From a virus (taxonomy: Duplodnaviria; Caudoviricetes), in the IMG/VR virus record IMGVR_UViG_3300011113_000476, positions 1 through 57,569 of that record: DNA of 57,569 nt; one strand, given 5' to 3'. Made by a program: the position numbers and the translations under genes. Shown one piece after another: positions 1 through 9,826 of this stretch. The first letter of the stretch is position 1. Each line of letters begins with the position of its first letter. The notes under the pieces were generated by a model that had not been told where the DNA came from, searched no databases, and saw only the letters and a list, made by a program, of their open reading frames with translations.

Positions 1-726
1 GGTAGTGTATTTAACATTAATTTTAATGGTACGGATGGATCGCCTATAAAACCTGAAGATGATTGGCGAGTACGAATTAGTATGGCAAGACCCACTGCCG
101 ACTTATTCTATAATAGAATAGACAACAATATTCTTGGACCATTGCGAGAAACCAGCGGGGTAATTTTTCCATATACTCCAACAGTAGCTGTAACACACAG
201 CGCGAGATATGGGTCTACGCCATTAACTCACAGTAATTATTCTAGTTATTTCTATGAAGGCAGCGAAGTTGCTGGTATTAGTATATCCGGAGAGTTCACG
301 GTACAGAACGTCAAAGAAGGCCAGTATTTGATGGCAGTCATACAATTTTTTAGAACTGTTACCAAGATGTTTTTTGGAGCAGATCAAAATGCAGGCAGTC
401 CGCCGCCAATGGTATTTTTAGATGGATTCGGTGCAGCATATCTTCCTCATGTACCGTGTGTTGTAACGTCATTCAGTCATACCATGCCAGGAGAAGTTGA
501 TTATGTGTCAATACCAGTGGGAGCCACGTTAAATAATGCAGGGTTGCAATTGCCAACAAATGTCAATTTTGGCGGGCCAGTTCGGTTACCAACGGCTAGT
601 ACAGTGAGCATTTCATTACAACCCGTATACAGCAGACAAAATATTGCCAGAAACTTTACACTAGATAGATTCTCTAGAGGTGTGTTAATACAAAATGGCA
701 ACTCGACTATCGGAGGTTTCTTATAA
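1..726 (+). CDS. Baseplate/tail-tube-initiator-like structural protein, 5'-truncated
   Basis: Frame 1 is open from base 1 (GSVFNINF...DDWRVRISMARP), so the gene starts before the window. FPYTP and 'HVPCVVTSFSHTMP' segments are typical of tube-fold baseplate proteins, and the gene lies directly upstream of a gp53-like gene. Confidence 0.6.
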   Translation, partial: GSVFNINFNGTDGSPIKPEDDWRVRISMARPTADLFYNRIDNNILGPLRETSGVIFPYTPTVAVTHSARYGSTPLTHSNYSSYFYEGSEVAGISISGEFTVQNVKEGQYLMAVIQFFRTVTKMFFGADQNAGSPPPMVFLDGFGAAYLPHVPCVVTSFSHTMPGEVDYVSIPVGATLNNAGLQLPTNVNFGGPVRLPTASTVSISLQPVYSRQNIARNFTLDRFSRGVLIQNGNSTIGGFL

Positions 727-1028
727 TGGCTGAAATTCAATATGCTCAAAATAGTTTATATTCTAAAACACCTTTTTATGGAGACTTCTTAGATCTTGCT
801 AATTTTCCAGCGATACCTAAGAATCCCGATGATGTACTTTTTGCTATAAACAAAACTTATCAATATAGGCCTGATTTATTAGCATACGATTTATATGAAG
901 ACACTGGTCTTTGGTGGGTATTTGCGCTGCGTAACCCCAATACTATTAAGGATCCTATTTTTGATATGAAAATAGGCAATAGGATATTTTTGCCTAAAAA
1001 AGCTGCAATAACCAGCGCAATAGGATAA
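726..1028 (+). CDS. gp53: Baseplate wedge subunit, T4 gp53-like (LysM-like)
   Basis: Motif YQYRPDLLAYDLYEDTGLWWVFALRN, 100 aa, in baseplate context. Confidence 0.8.
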   Translation: MAEIQYAQNSLYSKTPFYGDFLDLANFPAIPKNPDDVLFAINKTYQYRPDLLAYDLYEDTGLWWVFALRNPNTIKDPIFDMKIGNRIFLPKKAAITSAIG

Positions 1029-1032
1029 TAAG

Positions 1033-3810
1033 ATGATAAATCCCTTAGATTCTACGGTCATCAATGCATCGGCTGTTGCTATTTCTCTTAATGAGAGACA
1101 AAACGTAACAGAAAATTTAGCAACACCATTAGTGAATACAGTATCTGAAGTAGAATTAGCAGATGCATTTTTATTAAATTCTAATTATCGATCAACCAGT
1201 GCAGCAGCACAATTTACAAGCACCACTAGACAGGGAGTAGTAGATAACCCGTTGTTGGAGTATGATTCTTATACCTATTGTCTAAGTCTGCATTTAATGG
1301 GAATTCAAACTTACAATAATTTAGTGAGTAAAAACAGTACTTTACAAAAACAGTATGTACCACAAAATGTTTTAATCAGCAGTGCAGGAAGATACGGAGA
1401 AACTTTTAAACGAGATCCTGCATTTCAAGAAGATTTTTATTTTGAAGATTTAAAAATAAAAACTGTGGTTAACACTACTGCTAGAAACAGAAACAGTAAC
1501 TTAATTGAATGCAGTTTTACGATAATCGAGCCATTAGGGTTTACTTTAATTAATAGAATGTTAGAGGCTGCAAACAGAGTTAATGCAGGATTGGGAAGTT
1601 ATTTGCAAATGCCATATATGTTACAAATTGACTTCTTTGGTAGTATAAATGGCGAGCCACCAGGACCTCTCAAAGAACATTCAAAATTTATTCCTATTAG
1701 GTTGACCAATGTTAAATCTAGATTGACTTCGAAGGGCACAGAATATCAAATTGATGCAGTTCCTTTTAATCATCAAGCATTTAATCAAATAAATGTAAGC
1801 TTACCTGTTAGCACAACAGTTACTGCTACCACAGTCAGTCAAATATTTGGCGGCCCCGCACAAGTTTCGGCCACCGACGGCGAATTTTCTGTAAAACTCG
1901 TTAATAAAGCCAATATTGAAAGACAAATCACAGAACTAAGACCATTTGCAGCATCTGCATCGGGGGGATTTGATGCTCGATTTGCGTCTCAGGCCAGATC
2001 AAAAATCAGCGACTTAACAGAGCAATTGAATAATGAATATGCAAATTTTGGAATAACTGGATTCTGTGCCGCCATCAATAGCTATTTTAGTTCATTGAAA
2101 CTACAAAATCAAATATCTAGAATCAACACAGTCAGGGTTGTATTCGATGAAAAAATAGGTAATAGTAACTTATATACAGCAGCAGGTCCTGTGAATGCAG
2201 CAGGTACTCCGGCTAGTGGAACATCCACCGCTGCACAAAGAGCACAAATACAGTCAGCATCAGGTGCTGCCAAAGGCAGTCTTCGATTCGACGGTGCAAC
2301 CGTAAATATTCCCGCAGGCACAACTATTGATAGAATGATTGATTGGGCTGTTAGAAATAGTGATTATATAGGCAAACAATTAGCAGATCCAACTGTTACC
2401 CCAGAACAAAGAACCAGTATTATCTCGGGCGGAAATCCTAATACCATCACATGGCTACGATGGTTTAAGATCATTCCTAATATCACTATCAAGGAGTATG
2501 ATCCAACACAAAACAGATATAGCATGGACGTTGTATTTTATGTAAAGCCATATAATTTATCTGCTAAACACCCATTTTATCCTAAAGGGCGTGTACCTGG
2601 ATTTGTAAAAAAATATGATTATATTTTTACAGGAAAAAACAAAGATGTCATTGATTTACAAATAGATTTCAATACACTATTTTTGGTTGAAATGACTACT
2701 AATCGTACAAAAAGTAGGCAACCACAAACAGGTACTCCAGGCGACGGCTCCAAAACTGCAAATCCCGATGCAACTTCCCCTGCAGCTCCCAATCCTAATC
2801 TACAATCACCAAATCAGAATATTGCGCCTGTTCCACTGGCACTAGTCAGTGACAATGTCGCAACTACTATGAGAGCTGGTGGTCTGCCCCAAGCGTCTGT
2901 GGACGCAGGAGATCTACAAAGATCTCTGATGCTAGGTGCTAAAGGAGATATGATAACGTTAAATTTAAAAATCGTAGGTGATCCGCAGTTTATTAAACAA
3001 GATGATTTGTTCATGGCGCAAGGATTAGAGACTCCGTCGGGTCAATTTTTAAACAACAATTCTGGCAGTAGTTTGTACATGGACGGTGGAGAGTTATATA
3101 TATTTGTAAACTTTCAAAGTCCGGTAGACTACGACGAAACTAAAGGTATAGCCGATGTAACAGCTAGTAGATATAGGTACAGTGAATTTAGCGGAGTTTA
3201 TAAAATAATCAATATCGACAATTCTTTTAGTAAAGGCAAATTCGAACAAAACTTAACTTTGGCAAAATTATTGTACGATCAAGAAGGAAAACCTGTTCCG
3301 TCAAATTCAGCACAGGAAAGAATAGAAACTGGATTAACTAATGCGCTAACTCCAACAGTGAATACAGCAATCAGATTTTCAGGACCGAGAACTAATATAT
3401 CTAGTTTACTTCCGTCTACTAATTCTTCAGCGGCAGTTAATCTTGCAGTAGCAGGCGCGGCTGCATTTGCCAATGGCCAAGGCGGCAGCTTCCTAGAAGC
3501 CATTGGAGCGCAAGTAGCAGGATCTTTAGTTAATAACATTGTTGGTCGAGGATTAAATATTGCAGTAGATAAAATAACAACTGGAATTAATGATGCACTT
3601 AAAGGTACAACTGCATTAAGTGTGGATTACAGTAATAGTTTTGATTCTGTTGGCGATTTTAAATATGCAGGAGCCTTAGACTATGCGTCTGGATTCGACT
3701 CAATCGGTAACTTTGATTTGGATGTTGGAGTAACAGACATTGATGTGACCGCAGCATTCGAAAGGTTAACTGATTTAGAATTTGACGTAGGTTTTTCTAA
3801 CTTCATTTAA
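1033..3810 (+). CDS. Baseplate hub protein (gp27-like, large)
   Basis: 925 aa between the gp53- and gp5-like genes. The hub-type C-terminal motifs 'LKIVGDP' and 'FSGVYKIINIDNSFSKGKFEQNLTL' are present. Confidence 0.65.
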   Translation: MINPLDSTVINASAVAISLNERQNVTENLATPLVNTVSEVELADAFLLNSNYRSTSAAAQFTSTTRQGVVDNPLLEYDSYTYCLSLHLMGIQTYNNLVSKNSTLQKQYVPQNVLISSAGRYGETFKRDPAFQEDFYFEDLKIKTVVNTTARNRNSNLIECSFTIIEPLGFTLINRMLEAANRVNAGLGSYLQMPYMLQIDFFGSINGEPPGPLKEHSKFIPIRLTNVKSRLTSKGTEYQIDAVPFNHQAFNQINVSLPVSTTVTATTVSQIFGGPAQVSATDGEFSVKLVNKANIERQITELRPFAASASGGFDARFASQARSKISDLTEQLNNEYANFGITGFCAAINSYFSSLKLQNQISRINTVRVVFDEKIGNSNLYTAAGPVNAAGTPASGTSTAAQRAQIQSASGAAKGSLRFDGATVNIPAGTTIDRMIDWAVRNSDYIGKQLADPTVTPEQRTSIISGGNPNTITWLRWFKIIPNITIKEYDPTQNRYSMDVVFYVKPYNLSAKHPFYPKGRVPGFVKKYDYIFTGKNKDVIDLQIDFNTLFLVEMTTNRTKSRQPQTGTPGDGSKTANPDATSPAAPNPNLQSPNQNIAPVPLALVSDNVATTMRAGGLPQASVDAGDLQRSLMLGAKGDMITLNLKIVGDPQFIKQDDLFMAQGLETPSGQFLNNNSGSSLYMDGGELYIFVNFQSPVDYDETKGIADVTASRYRYSEFSGVYKIINIDNSFSKGKFEQNLTLAKLLYDQEGKPVPSNSAQERIETGLTNALTPTVNTAIRFSGPRTNISSLLPSTNSSAAVNLAVAGAAAFANGQGGSFLEAIGAQVAGSLVNNIVGRGLNIAVDKITTGINDALKGTTALSVDYSNSFDSVGDFKYAGALDYASGFDSIGNFDLDVGVTDIDVTAAFERLTDLEFDVGFSNFI

Positions 3811-3813
3811 ATT

Positions 3814-5973
3814 ATGTCATACAATCAACCATATTTGGGTACAAAACACCCCACATTCATCGACTCTACAAAAACAGATATACCTCAACCCAGTGGAATT
3901 TATATTGGAAAAGTAAAAGCCATTGATACTAATACACGATCTGGTAGACTGCAAGTTTTTATTCCACAGTTTGGTGGCGCAAATCCTGAAAGTCCAACAA
4001 CATGGAAACTAGTATCTTATGCCAGTCCCTTTATGGGCAGTACTTCCAGTGCATTAGGGGAATACACACAGCCTGTTCCTGGTCAAAATACTTTTTCTTT
4101 ATCAACGCAGAGCTATGGATTCTATATGACACCGCCCGATATTGGCACAGAAGTGTTGTGTTGTTTTGTTCCTGGAAGTCAGGAAGGATACTGGTTTGCT
4201 TGCGTGAATTCTTCTGTAACAAGAAATATGACTCCAGCAATTGGGTCAGTAGAACTTAGTTATATTTCGCAAGAAAGTATTTCTGAATCAGGTCTAGCAC
4301 CGTATTTGTTGCCAGGAAAATTTTATCCTGTGGCAGAAACAGTGGAAAGTAAAGACATATACAGCAAAGCTGGATTTTTACCTAATTTACAAAAACCACT
4401 GCATATTCCTCAGACCATTAGATTAGTGGTACAAGGATTAGACAGCGATAATGTGCGAGGAGCAATTAGCAGCAGTAGTCAACGAGATCCAGTGAGTGCA
4501 GTATTTGGATTTAGTACCCCAGGCCGTCCATTCGGTAGTCAAGATCCCGCTACTGACCCTAATATTGCACAAAAATTAGTGTCAGGCGAATTCAATCCTG
4601 CAACGTATAATGTTACAACAAGGGTAGGCGGTCATAGTTTTGTCATGGACGACGGAGATCTATTTGGCAAAGATAATTTGATTAGATTAAAAACATCAAT
4701 GGGCCATCAGATAATGTTAAATGACACTGAAGGTTTTATATATGTTGCAAATTCTAACGGCACTGCATGGATAGAACTTACTAAAGAAGGAGACATTTTA
4801 GTCTATGGCGCAAAAGATTTTGCTTTACGGACTCAAGGCAATATTATGATGCACAGTGATAACAATATTAGCTTCTTTGCAGGTCGTAATATTAATATGC
4901 AAGCAGTGGGCAGTGTTAAAATGGCGGGACAACTAGTTCAAGCCAGTGCAGAAACTGCACTAAATCTTTATGGTAAACAAGCACAACTGAGAAGCGGCTC
5001 GGGGCTGTCTTTGGTTGCCCAACAATCTATGGGTATAAGAGCAGGTGGGTCTATCGCAGTTAATGGTGCTGCTATTGCGTTAAATGGCGGTGGCGGTGGT
5101 GGCGCAGAAATAAATCCCCCTAGTAGGATAAATTTATATCAATTACCTGATGCCAAAGTTGCTAGTCCTGGCATTTGGTTTGCTCAACAAAACTCGTTAA
5201 TTTCTACAAATTATAAAGTACCAACTCACGAACCTTATATTAGAGGAAATGCATCAGCAATATTTCAAAGTCAAAGAGAAACTGTGGCTAGCTTGCCAAA
5301 AGATGTTTTAGGCGACCCTATTAATCCTCCCACCGATATCACTGAGGTAGGGCCAACTCAAGCAGCAACAGAGAACTTAACAGGAGCAGCTCCGGCTGGA
5401 GTTTTTATCGCCCAACCCGAGCCCATTGATAGTCTTGGAAATTTAGATAAAAATCAACTTAGAGCCGTTATGGCACAAATTGGACACAGCGAAAGTGGTG
5501 GGTCGTATCAAGCACAAAACGACGCAGGATATCAGGGCAAGTATCAATTGGGGTCTCTTGCACTGCAAGATTTAGGATACATTAAGGCAGGAACACCGCA
5601 GACAGCAGAAGCATTGAATAATCCCAACAATTGGACTGGAAAAGATGGTATTTCGAGCTCAGACGCATTTAGAGAAAATGGAACTATTCAAGAAAAGGCA
5701 ATGTATAACTATACTAAAGAGAACTATGCAAGGTTACAAAAAAATGGTATTATTACAGCAGACAGTTCTGCAGAAGATGTTGCAGGCATAGTCAGTGCTG
5801 CCCATTTAGTTGGATCTGCCGCTGCAACCAATTGGTATAAAACGGGGCAACCTACCACCGATGATAATGGCAGAACTGCTTCTGCTTTTTACAATCAAGG
5901 AAAATATAGTCAAACACAGGTTCCTGTTATACAAGCCAGTGTTGAAAGCTCTAATATAACTAGCACAGGGTAA
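3814..5973 (+). CDS. gp5: Baseplate central spike gp5-like with C-terminal lysozyme-like domain
   Basis: N-terminal OB-fold motifs (GRLQVFIP, PPDIGTEVLCCF), 'GGHSFVMDD...IRLKTSMGHQIMLND' beta-helix region, and C-terminal 'HSESGGSY...GYQGKYQLG' lysozyme/transglycosylase-like motif. Confidence 0.8.
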   Translation: MSYNQPYLGTKHPTFIDSTKTDIPQPSGIYIGKVKAIDTNTRSGRLQVFIPQFGGANPESPTTWKLVSYASPFMGSTSSALGEYTQPVPGQNTFSLSTQSYGFYMTPPDIGTEVLCCFVPGSQEGYWFACVNSSVTRNMTPAIGSVELSYISQESISESGLAPYLLPGKFYPVAETVESKDIYSKAGFLPNLQKPLHIPQTIRLVVQGLDSDNVRGAISSSSQRDPVSAVFGFSTPGRPFGSQDPATDPNIAQKLVSGEFNPATYNVTTRVGGHSFVMDDGDLFGKDNLIRLKTSMGHQIMLNDTEGFIYVANSNGTAWIELTKEGDILVYGAKDFALRTQGNIMMHSDNNISFFAGRNINMQAVGSVKMAGQLVQASAETALNLYGKQAQLRSGSGLSLVAQQSMGIRAGGSIAVNGAAIALNGGGGGGAEINPPSRINLYQLPDAKVASPGIWFAQQNSLISTNYKVPTHEPYIRGNASAIFQSQRETVASLPKDVLGDPINPPTDITEVGPTQAATENLTGAAPAGVFIAQPEPIDSLGNLDKNQLRAVMAQIGHSESGGSYQAQNDAGYQGKYQLGSLALQDLGYIKAGTPQTAEALNNPNNWTGKDGISSSDAFRENGTIQEKAMYNYTKENYARLQKNGIITADSSAEDVAGIVSAAHLVGSAAATNWYKTGQPTTDDNGRTASAFYNQGKYSQTQVPVIQASVESSNITSTG

Positions 5974-5976
5974 ATA
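5971..5976 (+). promoter_or_regulatory. T4-like late promoter core (TAAATA), 5 nt before the gp25 ATG
   Basis: TAAATA-tagat-ATG with no Shine-Dalgarno. Confidence 0.5.
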
Positions 5977-5981
5977 TAGAT

Positions 5982-6359
5982 ATGGCACTGTATAACGGAT
6001 TCAGCACATTAGAAAGTAGCAAAAGATTTCGATTAACCGATTTTGAATTGGTGAAACGAGATCTACAAAATCATTTTAACATTCGCAAAGGCGAAAAGTT
6101 AATGAATCCTGAATTTGGCACCATAATATGGGATATGCTGTTCGAACCTCTGAATGAAGAAAGTAAAACTACAATAATACAGGACATAAAACGTATTGTT
6201 GCAAATGATCCAAGAATTGCGGCACAGAATGTAATTGTAACTCAGTATGACAGAGGATTACAAATAGAATTAGATTTAATCTACATTCAAACAAATCAGA
6301 CTGATAAATTGGCTATGAAGTTTGATCAGCAAATAATTCAAAATAATTCAATGCTTTAA
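5982..6359 (+). CDS. gp25: Baseplate wedge subunit gp25-like
   Basis: 'LQNHFNIRKGEKLMNPEFGTIIWDMLFEP...DPRI' is the GPW/gp25 signature. Confidence 0.9.
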   Translation: MALYNGFSTLESSKRFRLTDFELVKRDLQNHFNIRKGEKLMNPEFGTIIWDMLFEPLNEESKTTIIQDIKRIVANDPRIAAQNVIVTQYDRGLQIELDLIYIQTNQTDKLAMKFDQQIIQNNSML

Positions 6360-6369
6360 AATACCATAT

Positions 6370-6403
6370 TTTGTTCTCAATAAATACATAAAACGAGGAC
6401 AGG
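6370..6403 (+). promoter_or_regulatory. Hairpin sequestering the gp6 RBS, with a late-promoter box in the loop
   Basis: TGTTCTC (6372-6378) can pair with GAGGACA (6395-6401; one G-U pair). TAAATA at 6381-6386 lies in the loop. Confidence 0.5.
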
Positions 6404-6404
6404 C

Positions 6405-9400
6405 ATGGCACTTACAACCAGACAAAGTAGTCTTTTAGTCAATCAAGACTGGACTATTCTTTACGAAACTTTCAGAAACGCGGACTTCCAAAGTTATGAT
6501 TTTCAAACTTTGCGTAAAACAATGCTGGATTATTTACGTATATACTATCCAGAAAATTTTAACGATTTCATCGAATCCAGCGAATATATAGCACTAATTG
6601 ACCTTATAGCATTTTTAGGGCAAAGTCTTGCATTTCGTACAGATTTAAACGCTCGTGAAAATTTTATCGATACAGCAGAACGCAGGGACAGTGTTTTAAA
6701 ATTAGCTAAATTAATTAGCTACGTGCCTAAACGTAATCAAACGGCCAATGGTTTTATAAAATTTGACAGTGTGCAAACCACTGAAAGATTACAAGACAGC
6801 AACGGTATCGACCTTACTAATCTTATTATAAATTGGAATGATAACGGAAACGTTAACTGGTACGAACAATTTATTACAATAATTAATGCAGCCCTGCCAA
6901 CCAACCAGCAAGTTGGAAAACCCAGTAACAGCAAGACTATTGCCGGAGTACTAAATGCAGAGTACAATATAAACTTACCACCCGGAACATTGCCAGTTTT
7001 TGGATATAACACACAAATTGAAAATGCAGTTTTAAATTTTGAAGTAGTTAGTGGTACTAGTGTAGACCAGAGTTACATTTACGAAGCAGCACCGGCTCCG
7101 GGTCGCCCTCTTAATGTAATTTACAAAAATGATAATTTGGGTAATGCCAGCAATAATACAGGATTTTTCTTTTATTTTAAACAGGGAAACTTGCAAACAC
7201 AGACTTTTAAGTTTCCCGAAAGCTTGCCCAATAATTTAGCCAGCATCAATTTTGATAATATTAATAATTCAGACGTATGGTTATATGAAATTGGCAGTTT
7301 AGGTAACATAGGGCAAGCTTGGAATCAAATCCCCAGTGTTAACGGAGTTAACATTATCTATAATAATAATGCAGCACAAAAAAGTTATCAAGTTAATACC
7401 AGAGCAGGAGATCAAATTGATCTAGTGTTTGGCGATGGTACTTTTGCTGCTATTCCTGTGGGAAGCTTTATAACTTATTTTAGAACTAGCACTGGATTAA
7501 GTTATAAAATTACACCCGACGAAATGACAAGTATTCGTCTGACTGTGCCTTATATTAGTCGCGCAGGCAGACTAGAAACACTAACGATTGTGGCCAGTCT
7601 AAAATATACGGTGGCTAATGCTATTCCAAGAGAAAGCATCACTGAAATAAAAACTAAAGCACCACAACTATACTATACACAAAATCGTATGGTCACTGGG
7701 GAAGATTATAATACATTTCCTTATGCAAATTATAGTACAATCAGTAAAGTAAAAGCTGTTAATCGCACTAGCAGCGGGATCAGTAGATATTTAGATATAT
7801 TTGATACCAGCGGCAGATACAGCAGCACTAATATTTTTTCAGAAGATGGAATACTATATAAAGAAGATGCCGATTCTAGTTTTAGTTTTACATTTGGAAC
7901 AACAGCAGACATTAACAGAATCATTGAAAATCAAATATTGCCTAGCGTAAGAAGTAAATCTCTTCAACATTTTTATTATGAATATTTTAATAGATTTTCT
8001 CTGACCAACTTATATTGGAATAGAAGTACCGCAGGATCTGGCAGTAGCACTGGATATTTTTTAGATTTTCCGTCTTCGGGAAATAAAGTTGCTGTGGGCA
8101 CAGGTGTTGTAGGAAATAATAGATACCTGACAGAAGGCTGTATTATTGTGTTTAGTCCCGGGCCTGGCAAATATTTTAATTCTGCCAACGAAATAGTAGC
8201 ATTGCCTTCTAATGGCCAAGTACCGCAAAATGGGCAACCTTTATTGTATGTTTCTATTACCAATTTAGTGGGCAACGGTAATCAGGGCAATTTAAGCAAC
8301 GGTGAAGGTCCTGTTAAATTAAGTTTAAATTTACCGTCAGCAGCTCAAGCTATCACAGTGATACCTACATTTAGTAATACTTTCACTACTGAGTTTATTT
8401 CTAAACTTATAGGGTTAATCAGTAATTACAGCGAATTTGGTATTAGGTATGATCAAAATACTCAAACTTGGCAAACTATTAGTGCTCAAGATTTAAATCA
8501 GACTGATCCGTTTAGTCAAATTTATCAAGGATCAACTAGCGGTCAAAACTTGGATGCAAGTTGGTTATTAAGCTTTACTGTTTCAAATTCTACGTATACA
8601 GTGCAAATTAGAGGATTAAGTTATATTTTTGAAAGTACACAAGAAACAAAATTTTATTTTGATAACAGAATAAAGATTTTTGATCCAATAACTGGGTATA
8701 CAGTTAATGACAGTGTGAATATTTTAAAAGTTAATGGAGATCCAGATACTGGACAACCACTGACAGAAAATGTACTTTGGTATATATACGATCAGATTGC
8801 AGAATCGGATGGATATGTAGATGCTAGTAAAGTTTTAGTTACATACAGTGATATAAACAATGACGGAGTTCCTGACGACCCGGACATTTTCAATACAGTG
8901 GTGCAACCAGATGTAAACAATAATCCTCCTACCAAGTTTGTTTTCTTTGAAAAAACTTATGGATATAATAGCTTTGTAACATTTACACCCATTCCTTCAT
9001 CTGCAGTTGTGATTGTCGGAAATCAACTTGAAGTCATTCCAAATATTAACAATTATATTGAAGGACAGATTTTTTATGCATACGAAGAAGAAACTTTTTA
9101 TGTTTTAAATATCGAACTTACTACACGATCATTAACTGAAAGCAATGATTATATTGCAAGAGTTGGTCGATCATCTTTGTATTTCCAATATAAACATAAT
9201 GCGCCTGGTAGTAGAAGAATAGATCCAAGTCCAAGCAATCTAATAGATTTATATGTGCTAACTAAAGAATACGAAACAGAATATCGAGCATGGGTATTGG
9301 ATACTACTGGAACAGTGCGGGAACCTGAAAAAGAAACAGGAGAAAGCTTAAAATTAGCATTTGGTGATTTAGAGAATTATAAATCAGTTAGCGATGCTAT

Positions 9401-9818
9401 CATTTATAATGCAGCGGTGTTTAAACCTTTGTTCGGTAATAAAGCCAGACCTGAACTTCAAGCCACTTTTAAGATTATTAAAAATTCAAATATTAATTTG
9501 ACTGACAGTGAAATACGAAGTCAAGTACTTGCATATATTAATGCATTTTTTGCAGTGGGTAACTGGGATTTTGGGGAAACATTTTATTTCACTGAATTGG
9601 CAACTTATATCCAACAAGGATTAGCTCCAAACATTAGCAGTATTATTATTGTGCCTAACAGTACCAGTCAAACATATGGATCATTGCAACAGATTAACAG
9701 CGAACCCAACGAAATTTTAATAAGCTGTGCTACAGTAGAAAATATTGAAATTATCAGTGCTATTACTGCGGCACAATTAAACATACAAAATTTAACGGTA
9801 AATACTATAATTAATTAA
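6405..9818 (+). CDS. gp6: Baseplate wedge subunit gp6-like
   Basis: 'ENFIDTAERRDSVLKLAKLISYVPKR', 'LVFGDGTFAAIP' and 'YYTQNRMVTGEDY' are gp6/baseplate-J motifs. It follows gp25. Confidence 0.85.
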   Translation: MALTTRQSSLLVNQDWTILYETFRNADFQSYDFQTLRKTMLDYLRIYYPENFNDFIESSEYIALIDLIAFLGQSLAFRTDLNARENFIDTAERRDSVLKLAKLISYVPKRNQTANGFIKFDSVQTTERLQDSNGIDLTNLIINWNDNGNVNWYEQFITIINAALPTNQQVGKPSNSKTIAGVLNAEYNINLPPGTLPVFGYNTQIENAVLNFEVVSGTSVDQSYIYEAAPAPGRPLNVIYKNDNLGNASNNTGFFFYFKQGNLQTQTFKFPESLPNNLASINFDNINNSDVWLYEIGSLGNIGQAWNQIPSVNGVNIIYNNNAAQKSYQVNTRAGDQIDLVFGDGTFAAIPVGSFITYFRTSTGLSYKITPDEMTSIRLTVPYISRAGRLETLTIVASLKYTVANAIPRESITEIKTKAPQLYYTQNRMVTGEDYNTFPYANYSTISKVKAVNRTSSGISRYLDIFDTSGRYSSTNIFSEDGILYKEDADSSFSFTFGTTADINRIIENQILPSVRSKSLQHFYYEYFNRFSLTNLYWNRSTAGSGSSTGYFLDFPSSGNKVAVGTGVVGNNRYLTEGCIIVFSPGPGKYFNSANEIVALPSNGQVPQNGQPLLYVSITNLVGNGNQGNLSNGEGPVKLSLNLPSAAQAITVIPTFSNTFTTEFISKLIGLISNYSEFGIRYDQNTQTWQTISAQDLNQTDPFSQIYQGSTSGQNLDASWLLSFTVSNSTYTVQIRGLSYIFESTQETKFYFDNRIKIFDPITGYTVNDSVNILKVNGDPDTGQPLTENVLWYIYDQIAESDGYVDASKVLVTYSDINNDGVPDDPDIFNTVVQPDVNNNPPTKFVFFEKTYGYNSFVTFTPIPSSAVVIVGNQLEVIPNINNYIEGQIFYAYEEETFYVLNIELTTRSLTESNDYIARVGRSSLYFQYKHNAPGSRRIDPSPSNLIDLYVLTKEYETEYRAWVLDTTGTVREPEKETGESLKLAFGDLENYKSVSDAIIYNAAVFKPLFGNKARPELQATFKIIKNSNINLTDSEIRSQVLAYINAFFAVGNWDFGETFYFTELATYIQQGLAPNISSIIIVPNSTSQTYGSLQQINSEPNEILISCATVENIEIISAITAAQLNIQNLTVNTIIN

Positions 9819-9826
9819 TCCAAAAG

